This document shows, piece by piece, positions 9,371 to 17,265 of a stretch of DNA of 27,725 nt; position 1 is the stretch's first letter; the number at the start of each line of letters is the position of its first letter. The stretch is from an uncultured bacterium. Lineage in GTDB: Bacteria > Gemmatimonadota > Gemmatimonadetes > Gemmatimonadales > Gemmatimonadaceae. Under the pieces are notes generated by a model, which saw only the letters and a program-made list of their open reading frames with translations, did not search any database and was not told where the DNA came from. The position numbers and the translations under genes were made by a program. The stretch is from the NCBI GenBank assembly GCA_963978095.1, contig CAXBQP010000043.1, positions 1 through 27,725 of the forward strand. Direction: 5' to 3'.

Positions 9371-9397
9371 CCTCGCCGCGGCCGACCTCGCCGCGGC
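9369..9397 (+). repeat. 14-bp tandem direct repeat GACCTCGCCGCGGC x2
   Basis: Exact copies at 9369-9382 and 9384-9397, directly at the cruG stop. Confidence 0.85.
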
Positions 9398-9446
9398 AGC
9401 GGATCCTGGGAGCACAGTTTCCGCTCCAGCGCGCCGATACTCCCAG

Positions 9447-11675
9447 TTGATGACCGTACCCGTGCGCGCCCCCGCCCCGACCTTCGACCACCGCGCGTCC
9501 CGTGCCAATGGGACGCGGGCGTTCGCGCTCCTGGGCCTGCTCGCCGGGGTGCTCCTTGGCCTGGCACTGCCTCGCGCCGCGGCGGCGCAGCAGGTGAACC
9601 CGGCGTCCCCGCGAAGCGGGGCCCGCAGCAGATCGCCGAGGCTCGCCCGCCACGTGCCCGCGTGGACCCTCGGCTCCCCATCCACCGCCGTCCTCCGTGC
9701 CCAGGGGCCGGCCGATTACGCCGAGCATTTGGTGTCGCTCGGCTACGATGTCTGGCACTACGACCGCAGCTGGGTGCGGCTCTCGACCCGCGACGACCGC
9801 GTGGTGGCCTGGGCCAATACCGACGGCACCCTTGTCGTCGAGTTGCGGCCAAGTGGCCCGGTACTGTCCGATGCCACGTTCACGCAGGGGTCCACCCGCG
9901 ACGACGTGCTCCGGTTACAGGGGACGCCGACCGTGTATCTGCCGCGGACGAATGACGGTGTCACCGCCATGCAGTATGGCGCGGCGGTGGTGCACCTCAG
10001 CGAGCGGGACAATCGCGTGGTGGCGTGGAGCGACCCTACCGGCCGCCGACTGAAGGTTCGAGCCACGGGCCCCGTGGCTGCGGCGCGCCCGATCCCGAAA
10101 CCGACGGCTCCGGCCTCGCTCGCGGCGACCCTCGCGTGGAATGATGCGTCCGGCGACGGGTACCTCGACGACGGCGAGCAGGCCCGCATCACGCTGACGG
10201 TCACCAACCGCGGGCCGGGGACCGCCTACGCAGTGACCCCGGCGCTGCTCAATATCGAAGGCTGGGACGGGCTCCGCATCGTGAGCGCCGAGCCGGTGGA
10301 TTCGATTGCTCCAGCCCACACGGCGACGCTCTCCTTGCGTGTCGTCGGGGCGTCAGGGCTGGAGGACTCCCGCGTGCAACTGCTGGTGGGGGTGCACGAG
10401 GGGAACGGGTTTGATCTCGACCCGTCGCTCTCCCTCGATATCCCGACGCGTCGAGCCCGCGCGCCCCGGTTCGCGCTCGATGGGATTGCCGTGAACGATC
10501 AGTCGGCGAACGGACGGATCGAGCCACGTGAGATCGTCGAGGTCATTGCACGCATTTCCAACCATGGGGAAGGCGAAGGGCAGGGGGTCGAGTACGCGGT
10601 GGTGCCCGGGGCGGGTGTCACGTTGACGCCTGACTCAAAGGCGAACGGCGTGATCGGGACTCTACGGGCCGGCGAGTCGCGCGACCTGCATTTCAGCGCC
10701 TTCTCGAACTCGCGGGCGTCCGGGTTTCCGGTGTCGATCACCGTGAGTGAGCCGCGCGCGCGTTACGACACCTCGTTGGTGCTTCCGTTGGCGCTCGACC
10801 GCCCCGTGAATGAACTCCCGTCGCTGGTGGTGCGCGGTCGGAAGGCTGCGGTCACCTCGGCGCCGGCACTCGTGTCGCCGGTCGACACGGGGATCCCTCG
10901 CGCGCCGCGGCGCAGCAACGTGGTGGCGGTCGTGCTCGGCGCCGAGCGATACGAGCACGCCCCGGAAACACCGCTCGCACGGCGCGATGCCGCGGTCTTT
11001 CGCGAGTATGTCCGCAACGTCTTCGGCGTCGGGGATGATGATTCGCGCCTGCTGTTCCGCACCGACGATGAAGTCTCCGGCACCGAACTGCGGCGCACCT
11101 TCGGTGATGGGGGGTGGCTCGCACGTCGCGTGTCGGCCGAAACCGATGTAGTCGTCTACTGGGCCGGCCACGGAGTCACCGATCCCAAGACGCGGAAAGC
11201 GTACCTGTTGCCCAACGACGGCGATCCATCGTACCCCGCACAGACGGGATTCGCGCTCGACGAGTTGTATGATCGGCTCGCGGCACTCGGGGCACGCTCG
11301 GTGACGGTCTTCGTGGACGCCTGCTTCAGCGGGCGCTCGCGGGACGGTGCCGCGGTCGTGGCCGGCTCGCGCGGTGTCGTGGTCAGTCTTGAACACCCGG
11401 CGTTGCGGGCCAAGAACATGGCGGTCTTCGCGGCCGCGCGCGGCGATCAGTTTGCCAGCGCCTGGCCCGAGGGGCAGCACGGCGTCTTCACGTACGCGCT
11501 CTTGGCGGGGCTTCGCGGCGCGGCGGACACGAATCATGACGGGTCCATCACTGCCGGCGAGCTGGCGGCCTACATCGCACGCGAGGTGCCGCGCACGGCG
11601 GCCCGCATCGACCGGGAACAGACGCCGGAGTTCGTCTCGCACGACCCGGCGCGGCCGGTGGTGGTGCTGAAGTGA
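9447..11675 (+). CDS. Exported multidomain caspase-family (C14) peptidase
   Basis: Signal peptide (..FALLGLLAGVLLGLALPRAAAA-Q), two ~60-aa repeats and two Ig/CARDB-like domains. Caspase domain has VVAVVLGAERY, YWAGHG (His 11169-11171), VFVDACFSG (Cys 11322-11324), HGVFTYALLAGL and ADTNHDGSITAGEL. Start is TTG 9447 or ATG 9450. Confidence 0.88.
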   Translation: MMTVPVRAPAPTFDHRASRANGTRAFALLGLLAGVLLGLALPRAAAAQQVNPASPRSGARSRSPRLARHVPAWTLGSPSTAVLRAQGPADYAEHLVSLGYDVWHYDRSWVRLSTRDDRVVAWANTDGTLVVELRPSGPVLSDATFTQGSTRDDVLRLQGTPTVYLPRTNDGVTAMQYGAAVVHLSERDNRVVAWSDPTGRRLKVRATGPVAAARPIPKPTAPASLAATLAWNDASGDGYLDDGEQARITLTVTNRGPGTAYAVTPALLNIEGWDGLRIVSAEPVDSIAPAHTATLSLRVVGASGLEDSRVQLLVGVHEGNGFDLDPSLSLDIPTRRARAPRFALDGIAVNDQSANGRIEPREIVEVIARISNHGEGEGQGVEYAVVPGAGVTLTPDSKANGVIGTLRAGESRDLHFSAFSNSRASGFPVSITVSEPRARYDTSLVLPLALDRPVNELPSLVVRGRKAAVTSAPALVSPVDTGIPRAPRRSNVVAVVLGAERYEHAPETPLARRDAAVFREYVRNVFGVGDDDSRLLFRTDDEVSGTELRRTFGDGGWLARRVSAETDVVVYWAGHGVTDPKTRKAYLLPNDGDPSYPAQTGFALDELYDRLAALGARSVTVFVDACFSGRSRDGAAVVAGSRGVVVSLEHPALRAKNMAVFAAARGDQFASAWPEGQHGVFTYALLAGLRGAADTNHDGSITAGELAAYIAREVPRTAARIDREQTPEFVSHDPARPVVVLK

Positions 11676-12595
11676 GGCCGTCTGCGGTGCTTCGCGCGCG
11701 TGGCGGGCGCCTGCACCGGTGGCGCGTCGCCAGTCGGCACGCGCTCTCCGTGGTCGCGTGCCTGCTGTCGGCACGGGAAGCACGCGCCCAAGCCCCCACA
11801 TGGGTCGAGGTCGAGCGTCGCGTGTCGCTCACCGACGGCCGTACGGCCGCAGAGGTCAAGGCCATCGCGTTGCAAGAGGCGCTCGCGGAAGCCGTTCGGC
11901 GCGTGGCTGGCGTACGGATCTCGGGCACCCAGTCCGCCGTCACCGGTGACTCCGCCGGCACGCGGATCGACCGCTTCGAACAGGCGGTGCGACTCGACGT
12001 CTCAGGGCGCGCCACGCGATGGGAGACGGTGCGCGAGGAATGGCGGTCGGCGCGATCCGGCGAGAGCGCCCCGCCGATGCTGGTGCTGACGATGCGCGTG
12101 CAGGTCACGCCCGAGGTCGGCCAGCGCGATGCGGGATTCGGCGTCACGTTGGGCGCGCGGTCGACACGTTTGATGGTCCGGGGCGAGTCACCAGCCGCGA
12201 ACGACGAGATCATCGCGACGGTGCGGACCACCGTCGACGCCTTCATCACGCTCGTGAGCGTGGCCGGCGATTCGGTGTTCGTACTCGCGCCGAACGCGGT
12301 CACGCCGCGCGTGGCCGCCGCGCCTCGCGAAACGATCGAGATCCCGGACGCCGAATCGCGCCGGATCGGCCTGCACCTGCGCGTGACGCTGCCGTCGGGC
12401 GTTCGCGGGCGTGAGGAGCGGTTGGTGGCGGTTGCCACGCGGAGCCCCGTGACGCCTCCGGGTGTGGCTGGCGTCGGGGAGGCTCGGGACACCGGGGTGC
12501 TGAGCCTGGAGGGATTCAATCAGTGGCTGGTCGGGATCCCGCTCGGCGAGCGCTCCCTGGCCGAAATGCCGATCGAAGTACGGAGAACGCCCTGA
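11672..12595 (+). CDS. Exported protein with FlgT_N/LPP20-like N-domain and DUF4384-like C-domain
   Basis: GTGA overlap with the caspase stop. Signal-like ..VVACLLSAREARA-Q, then AEVKAIALQEALAEAVRRVAGVRISG (FlgT_N-like). C-terminal DEIIATVRTTVDAFITLVSV..VFVLAPN..IEIPD..GREERLVAVATR (DUF4384-like). Confidence 0.6.
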   Translation: MRPSAVLRARGGRLHRWRVASRHALSVVACLLSAREARAQAPTWVEVERRVSLTDGRTAAEVKAIALQEALAEAVRRVAGVRISGTQSAVTGDSAGTRIDRFEQAVRLDVSGRATRWETVREEWRSARSGESAPPMLVLTMRVQVTPEVGQRDAGFGVTLGARSTRLMVRGESPAANDEIIATVRTTVDAFITLVSVAGDSVFVLAPNAVTPRVAAAPRETIEIPDAESRRIGLHLRVTLPSGVRGREERLVAVATRSPVTPPGVAGVGEARDTGVLSLEGFNQWLVGIPLGERSLAEMPIEVRRTP

Positions 12596-12630
12596 CCTGC
12601 CGATACTCAAGGCATAGAGGAGGCATCATC

Positions 12631-13209
12631 ATGAAGAAACTGTGCATCGCAGCTGGACTGCTCGCGCTGTCGGCGTGCGCCAGCCATCAGGGAAAGGTCG
12701 ACCAGTCGGCATCACCGGAGACACTGCGGCAGATGCCGGGGTGGTATCGGAAGCCCCCGAAGTCGGACGACCGGTGGATCGTGGCACCGGCGACCGGGGA
12801 GTCGCGTGATTTGCAGGTGGCGCTCAACAAGGCGGAACTCGAGGGGCGTACGGCGCTCGCCTCGCAGCTCGAGGTGAAGCTGGGCGGGTTGCAGCGTCGG
12901 TTCGTGGAGGAAACCGGGCTCGGCGCGGATGCGACGGCGCTCGGAGAGTACGAGCAGACGGCCAAGGCGGTCATCAGTCAGGTGCTGATCGGTAGCCACG
13001 CACGCGAGCAGCAGTTCACGCTCGACGCCGGCACCTACCGTGCCTGGGTGCTGATGGAACTGCCGGTCGGAGAGGCCAGCAAGGCCCTGCTCGAACGGCT
13101 CAAGCAGCAGGAAGCGATCGTGACGCGCATTCGTGCGTCGGAAGCATTCAAGGAACTGAATGCCGAGGTCGAGAAGTACGAGAAGCGCAAGGACGCTGGC
13201 AAGCCGTAG
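12631..13209 (+). CDS. LPP20-like lipoprotein
   Basis: Strong SD GAGGAGG at 12617-12623 and lipobox MKKLCIAAGLLALSAC. PGWY..PP..ATGESRDLQVALNKAELEGRTALASQL..YRAWVLMEL is an LPP20/FlgP-like pattern, followed by a coiled-coil tail. Confidence 0.7.
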   Translation: MKKLCIAAGLLALSACASHQGKVDQSASPETLRQMPGWYRKPPKSDDRWIVAPATGESRDLQVALNKAELEGRTALASQLEVKLGGLQRRFVEETGLGADATALGEYEQTAKAVISQVLIGSHAREQQFTLDAGTYRAWVLMELPVGEASKALLERLKQQEAIVTRIRASEAFKELNAEVEKYEKRKDAGKP

Positions 13210-13276
13210 GGAGGTCGATGTCGGGGCCGTGGTCCCGCACGCTGGGGGGGAAGGGGGAGCGGCGACTGGCAACGAC

Positions 13277-13313
13277 ACGAAACGGGCGACGGAGTGACCG
13301 TCGCCCGTTTCGT
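13277..13313. terminator. Bidirectional intrinsic terminator-like hairpin
   Basis: Perfect 16-bp inverted repeat ACGAAACGGGCGACGG-agtga-CCGTCGCCCGTTTCGT between the convergent LPP20-like gene and pntB. Confidence 0.8.
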
Positions 13314-13336
13314 TGTGTGACGCGGCCGCCGTTCGC

Positions 13337-14815
13337 CTAGTGGCTGTCGTCGAGCGCCTTGATCTCCTTCACGAGCGAGCCGAGAACGTTCTTGGCGTCG
13401 CCGTAGAGCATCAGGGTGTTGTCCTTGAAGAAGAGCGGGTTTTCCACGCCCGAGAAGCCCGTGCCCTTGCCGCGCTTGATCACGTATACGGACTTGGCGG
13501 TCCACGGACGGAAAATCGGCATGCCGAAGAGGGGTGACGACTTGTCCTCCTCAGCGTCCGGATTCACGATGTCGTTGGCGCCGATGATCACGGCCACGTC
13601 GGCCGTCTGCAGCACGCGGTTGGCGTCGTCCACGTCGGTAAGGAGCGCGCCGTAGTCGATCCCGGCTTCCGACAGGATGACATTCAAGTGTCCCGGCATG
13701 CGGCCGGCCACCGGGTGGATCGCGTACTTGACCTCGCCCCCCTTCTTGGCGATCAGCTCCATCAGCTCGCGGCAAATGTGTTGGGCCTGGGCGACCGCCA
13801 TGCCGTAGCCCGGCACGATGACCACGGAGCCGGCATACGCCAGCTGCACCGCGGCGTCCTCGGCGGTGATGGTCTTGGATTCCTTGGCCTCGCCCTTGGC
13901 CTTTGCCGCCGCCGGCGCGCCGGACCCGAAGGCGCCGAAGATCACGTTGGCGAACGACCGGTTCATGGCCTTCGACATCATGACGGAGAGGATGAACCCG
14001 CCGGCCCCCTCCAGGGCGCCGGCAATAATAAGCACATTGTTACCAATTGCGAATCCCGTCGCGGCGGCGGCGAGGCCGGCGTACGAGTTGAGCAACGAGA
14101 CGACCACGGGCATGTCGCCGCCCCCGATCGGCAGCACCATGGAAACGCCGAGGAACAGCGAGAGGGCGACCATCGCATAGAACGCCCAGGCCGTCTCCGG
14201 TTGGTAGATCAGCATGCCGAAGCAGCCGAAGGCCACCGCGATGAGCGCCAAGTTGACGGCGTTCTGCCCACGGAAGGTGATCGGCCGCCCGGTGATCAGC
14301 TCCTGCAGCTTGCCGAACGCCATGAACGAGCCGGTCACGGTCAGTGCGCCGAACAGCACTTCGAAACCGAGCGCTCCCGCCACCCCGTGGGAGAGTCCCG
14401 GGGTGAGCCCGGTGACCTCGTTCGGCGTGTAGGCGTGCCGGTATTCCACGATGCCCACGAGGGTGGCGGCGATGGCCCCGAAGGCATGCGAGAAGGCGAT
14501 GAACTGCGGCATCGCCGTCATGGGGATCTTCATCGCCATCGGATAGCCCGCGATCGCACCAACGACGAGCCCGAGGATGATCCACTGGTACGTGAGAATG
14601 CCGGAGTTCAACAGCGTCCCGACGACGGCGAACAGCATGCCGGCGGCCGCCTGCTGCATGCCGCGGCGCGCGGTATCCGGACGGGTGAGCGAGCGCAGGC
14701 CAAGGATGAAGAGGACGCTGGCCGCCAGATACGATGCTTGCACGATCAGGTCGCGCGTGCCGTTGATCTGCGGACCATCCTCGAGCAGACGGAAGAGAGC
14801 GAAGAGATGGCTCAC
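13337..14815 (-). CDS. pntB: NAD(P) transhydrogenase subunit beta
   Basis: MTAMPQFIAFSHAFG, IGGGDMPVVVSLLNSYAG, IVPGYGMAVAQAQH, IHPVAGRMPGH, IGANDIVNP and GFSGVENPLF. GTG 14815 overlaps the pntAB stop. Confidence 0.95.
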   Translation of the reverse strand: MSHLFALFRLLEDGPQINGTRDLIVQASYLAASVLFILGLRSLTRPDTARRGMQQAAAGMLFAVVGTLLNSGILTYQWIILGLVVGAIAGYPMAMKIPMTAMPQFIAFSHAFGAIAATLVGIVEYRHAYTPNEVTGLTPGLSHGVAGALGFEVLFGALTVTGSFMAFGKLQELITGRPITFRGQNAVNLALIAVAFGCFGMLIYQPETAWAFYAMVALSLFLGVSMVLPIGGGDMPVVVSLLNSYAGLAAAATGFAIGNNVLIIAGALEGAGGFILSVMMSKAMNRSFANVIFGAFGSGAPAAAKAKGEAKESKTITAEDAAVQLAYAGSVVIVPGYGMAVAQAQHICRELMELIAKKGGEVKYAIHPVAGRMPGHLNVILSEAGIDYGALLTDVDDANRVLQTADVAVIIGANDIVNPDAEEDKSSPLFGMPIFRPWTAKSVYVIKRGKGTGFSGVENPLFFKDNTLMLYGDAKNVLGSLVKEIKALDDSH

Positions 14816-15123
14816 TTGCCCGCCTCCGGCGCCGCGTCCGACTTCTTCTTGGGCCCGCCGAACATCGCGAGCATGCGGTCGGTGATCAGGAAACCGGCCA
14901 CCACGTTGGTCGCGGCGCACACCACGGCGATGAAGCCGAGGATGGTGGACACCTTCCCGTACTGACCGCCGGCGGCCACCAGGGCGCCGACGAGCGAGAT
15001 CCCCGAGATGGCGTTCGTCGCCGACATCAGCGGCGTGTGGAGCAGGGGAGGAACCTTCTGGATGATCTGGAAGCCGATGAAGCCGGCCAGAATGAAGACG
15101 TACAGTTGGAAGATCTGGGTCAT
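14812..15123 (-). CDS. pntAB: NAD(P) transhydrogenase subunit alpha, membrane part 2
   Basis: VPPLLHTPLMSATNAISG..NVVAGFLITDRMLAMF; start ATG 15123. Confidence 0.93.
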   Translation of the reverse strand: MTQIFQLYVFILAGFIGFQIIQKVPPLLHTPLMSATNAISGISLVGALVAAGGQYGKVSTILGFIAVVCAATNVVAGFLITDRMLAMFGGPKKKSDAAPEAGK

Positions 15124-15160
15124 GGGAATTTCGCCTGGTCCCTGGGGATCGGGCGCGCCG

Positions 15161-16267
15161 TCAGGCGCGCACCTGGCCGTCCAGCGCGACGAGCATCGCG
15201 CCGGTGATCTCGTCGCTCGCATCGAGCACGAGCGCGTTGTCCTTCATGAGGTGCGTGACCAGCGTCAGGACGTTGCGGCTGAGCATCTGCGAGGCGTGGA
15301 ACGATGCCTGTGACGGCAGGTTGAGCGGGCCCACGATCGACACGTCGTGCGCCACCACCGTCTCGCCGGGCTTCGTGAACGCCGCGTTGCCCCCGGTCTC
15401 GCAGGCCAGATCCACGATCACCGACCCGGGCTTCATCCCCTTGATCGCCGCCTCGGTGATCAGCAGCGGTGCCCGACGGCCGGGAATGGCGGCGGTCGTG
15501 ATGATCAGGTCGACCTGCTCCACATGCTTCGCGATCGCCTGCTGCGTCTTGATCGCGTCCTCCTCGGCCTGCTCCTTGGCATAGCCGCCCGATCCCTCGG
15601 CGCTGTGCCCGAGGTCGATCTTGAGCGGGGTGCCGCCCAGCGACGCGATCTGCTCCTGCGCGGCCGGACGCACGTCGAAGCCGCTCACCAGTCCGCCGAG
15701 TCGCTTGGCCGTGGCGATCGCCTGCAGTCCGGCGACGCCGGCACCGATCACGAACACCTTGGCGGGCGCCAAGGTCCCAGCGGCGGTGGTGAGCATCGGC
15801 AGCATCTTCGGCAGCAGCCCCGCACCGATCAGCACCGCCTTGTAGCCGCTGACGGTGGCCTGTGACGAGAGCACGTCCATCGACTGCGCACGCGTGATGC
15901 GCGGCACCTTCTCGAGCGCGAGCGCGTTGACCGTGCGTCCCGCCAGCGCCGCGATGGTCTCCGCGCTGCCGCTCTGCGCGAGATAGCAGATCAGGGTCGC
16001 GGCGGCCGGCAGAGCGGCGACCTCCGACGCGGTCGGGGGCTGCACCTTGCACACGAGCGTCGCGTCGGTCACAACGCTGGCAAAGTCGACGGCGATGGTG
16101 GCGCCGGCGGTCACGTAGTTCGCGTCGGTGAAACCGGCGGCGAGCCCGGCGTCATGTTCGACGCTGACGGTGGCGCCGCTCTTCACGAGCTTGGCCACAC
16201 TTTCCGGGACGAGCGCAACGCGAGCCTCGCGCGCGGCGTTCTCCTTCGGAACGGCGATGCGGATCAC
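15161..16267 (-). CDS. pntAA: NAD(P) transhydrogenase subunit alpha, NAD-binding part 1
   Basis: IAVPKE..EARVALVPE, PRITRAQSMDVLSSQ, IGAGVAGLQAI, GGYAKE, IPGRRAP and VIVDLACETGGN. Confidence 0.95.
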   Translation of the reverse strand: MIRIAVPKENAAREARVALVPESVAKLVKSGATVSVEHDAGLAAGFTDANYVTAGATIAVDFASVVTDATLVCKVQPPTASEVAALPAAATLICYLAQSGSAETIAALAGRTVNALALEKVPRITRAQSMDVLSSQATVSGYKAVLIGAGLLPKMLPMLTTAAGTLAPAKVFVIGAGVAGLQAIATAKRLGGLVSGFDVRPAAQEQIASLGGTPLKIDLGHSAEGSGGYAKEQAEEDAIKTQQAIAKHVEQVDLIITTAAIPGRRAPLLITEAAIKGMKPGSVIVDLACETGGNAAFTKPGETVVAHDVSIVGPLNLPSQASFHASQMLSRNVLTLVTHLMKDNALVLDASDEITGAMLVALDGQVRA

Positions 16268-16358
16268 GAGATGGGGTGGATAGGGTGAGCCTTCGAATAC
16301 CCGTCTGTCGCTTCCGGAAGAGCGCCGGACCTGTTCGCCGATGTTCTCCCAGCCACTA

Positions 16359-16386
16359 AAGGTACGGGCGGGACACGGAGCGTCAA
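16359..16386 (-). promoter_or_regulatory. Putative sigma70 promoter of the pnt operon
   Basis: The minus strand reads TTGACG-N16-TACCTT, about 90 nt upstream of GTG 16267. Confidence 0.6.
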
Positions 16387-16427
16387 CGCATCGTGCGCTC
16401 GGTCGCAGCGCCGGCCGCAGCGCTCCG

Positions 16428-17204
16428 CTATTTCGCCTTGAAGGAGCCGATGGCGGCCCGGGTGAAATCCGAGAGCACGAGGCGCCCGCTCATCCCGGCC
16501 CGCGCGGCGAGCAGGGTATCCCAGTTACCGGTTCCCTCCCAGAAGACGTGCTTCAGCAACGCCATGGCCTCGGGGTTCGACGCGGCGAGCGTGGTCGCCA
16601 GCGTATCGACACCGGCGTCGAGCGCCGCCACGTCCTCGAACACCCGCGCATAGAGCGCCTGCCGCTCGCACCAGGCCGCGTCCCGCCAGTCCGCGTCGAC
16701 GGCCATCGCACTGAAGGCCGCGAGTCCGATCTTCTTCTCGATCACCGGCCCCACCACGAAGGGGCCGATCCCCACCGCGAGCTCGCTCAACTTGGCCGAC
16801 GCCGACGAGACGGCCAACGCGTAGTCGCTCGCGGCCACGAGCCCGACGCCTCCCCCGGCGGTCTTGCCGTGGACCCGGGTCAGCACGAACTTCGGGGCGC
16901 GGATCATCGCCAGGATCACCGCGGCGAACCCGCTGAAGAACTGCTGCCCGCCGTCGAGATCCTGGATGGCGACCAGCTCGTCGAAGGATGCCCCGGCACA
17001 AAATGGGCCGGTCCCCTCGCTTCGCATCACGATCACACGGGCGGCCGGGTCATCGCCCAGCGTGCGGACGGCGTCGGCGAGCGCGTGCAACAGCTGTCCC
17101 GGGAGGGAGTTGCCCTTGGGGTGCGAGAATGTGACGGTGCCGATGCCACCGGCGATGCCGATGCGGACCGCGCCGGAGGTCGAGTTGGACGGTGTGGAGG
17201 TCAT
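16428..17204 (-). CDS. Enoyl-CoA hydratase/isomerase (crotonase) family protein
   Basis: FCAGASFDEL, VHGKTAGGGVGLVAASDY and LSELAVGIGP; start ATG 17204. Confidence 0.9.
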   Translation of the reverse strand: MTSTPSNSTSGAVRIGIAGGIGTVTFSHPKGNSLPGQLLHALADAVRTLGDDPAARVIVMRSEGTGPFCAGASFDELVAIQDLDGGQQFFSGFAAVILAMIRAPKFVLTRVHGKTAGGGVGLVAASDYALAVSSASAKLSELAVGIGPFVVGPVIEKKIGLAAFSAMAVDADWRDAAWCERQALYARVFEDVAALDAGVDTLATTLAASNPEAMALLKHVFWEGTGNWDTLLAARAGMSGRLVLSDFTRAAIGSFKAK

Positions 17205-17265
17205 CCCCAAAAGTAGCGCTTTCCTTCGATTGTCCAATGGCGGGCCCGTCCCCTAGATTTCGCCC
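17205..17265. promoter_or_regulatory. Compact divergent promoter region (crotonase / paaA); both transcripts probably leaderless
   Basis: Plus strand: TTGTCC-N18-TAGATT-6nt-ATG(paaA). Minus strand: TTGGAC-N16-TACTTT-5nt-ATG. The -35 regions overlap in the quasi-palindrome ATTGTCCAAT (17229-17238). Confidence 0.55.

Noticed and set aside
9447..13209. Caspase operon as a CBASS/Avs/type III CRISPR-associated defence locus or mobile island
   Set aside because: No cyclase, STAND NTPase, gasdermin, cas gene, integrase or tRNA nearby, and all three proteins carry export signals.
14812..16267. Split pntA as a possible frameshift or pseudogene
   Set aside because: The alpha1/alpha2 split is a known natural architecture (e.g. 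Rhodospirillum rubrum, Thermus), and both parts are intact.
17205..17265. PaaX/PaaR operator in the paa promoter
   Set aside because: No convincing match to the operators I know; ATTGTCCAAT is explained by overlapping -35 elements.
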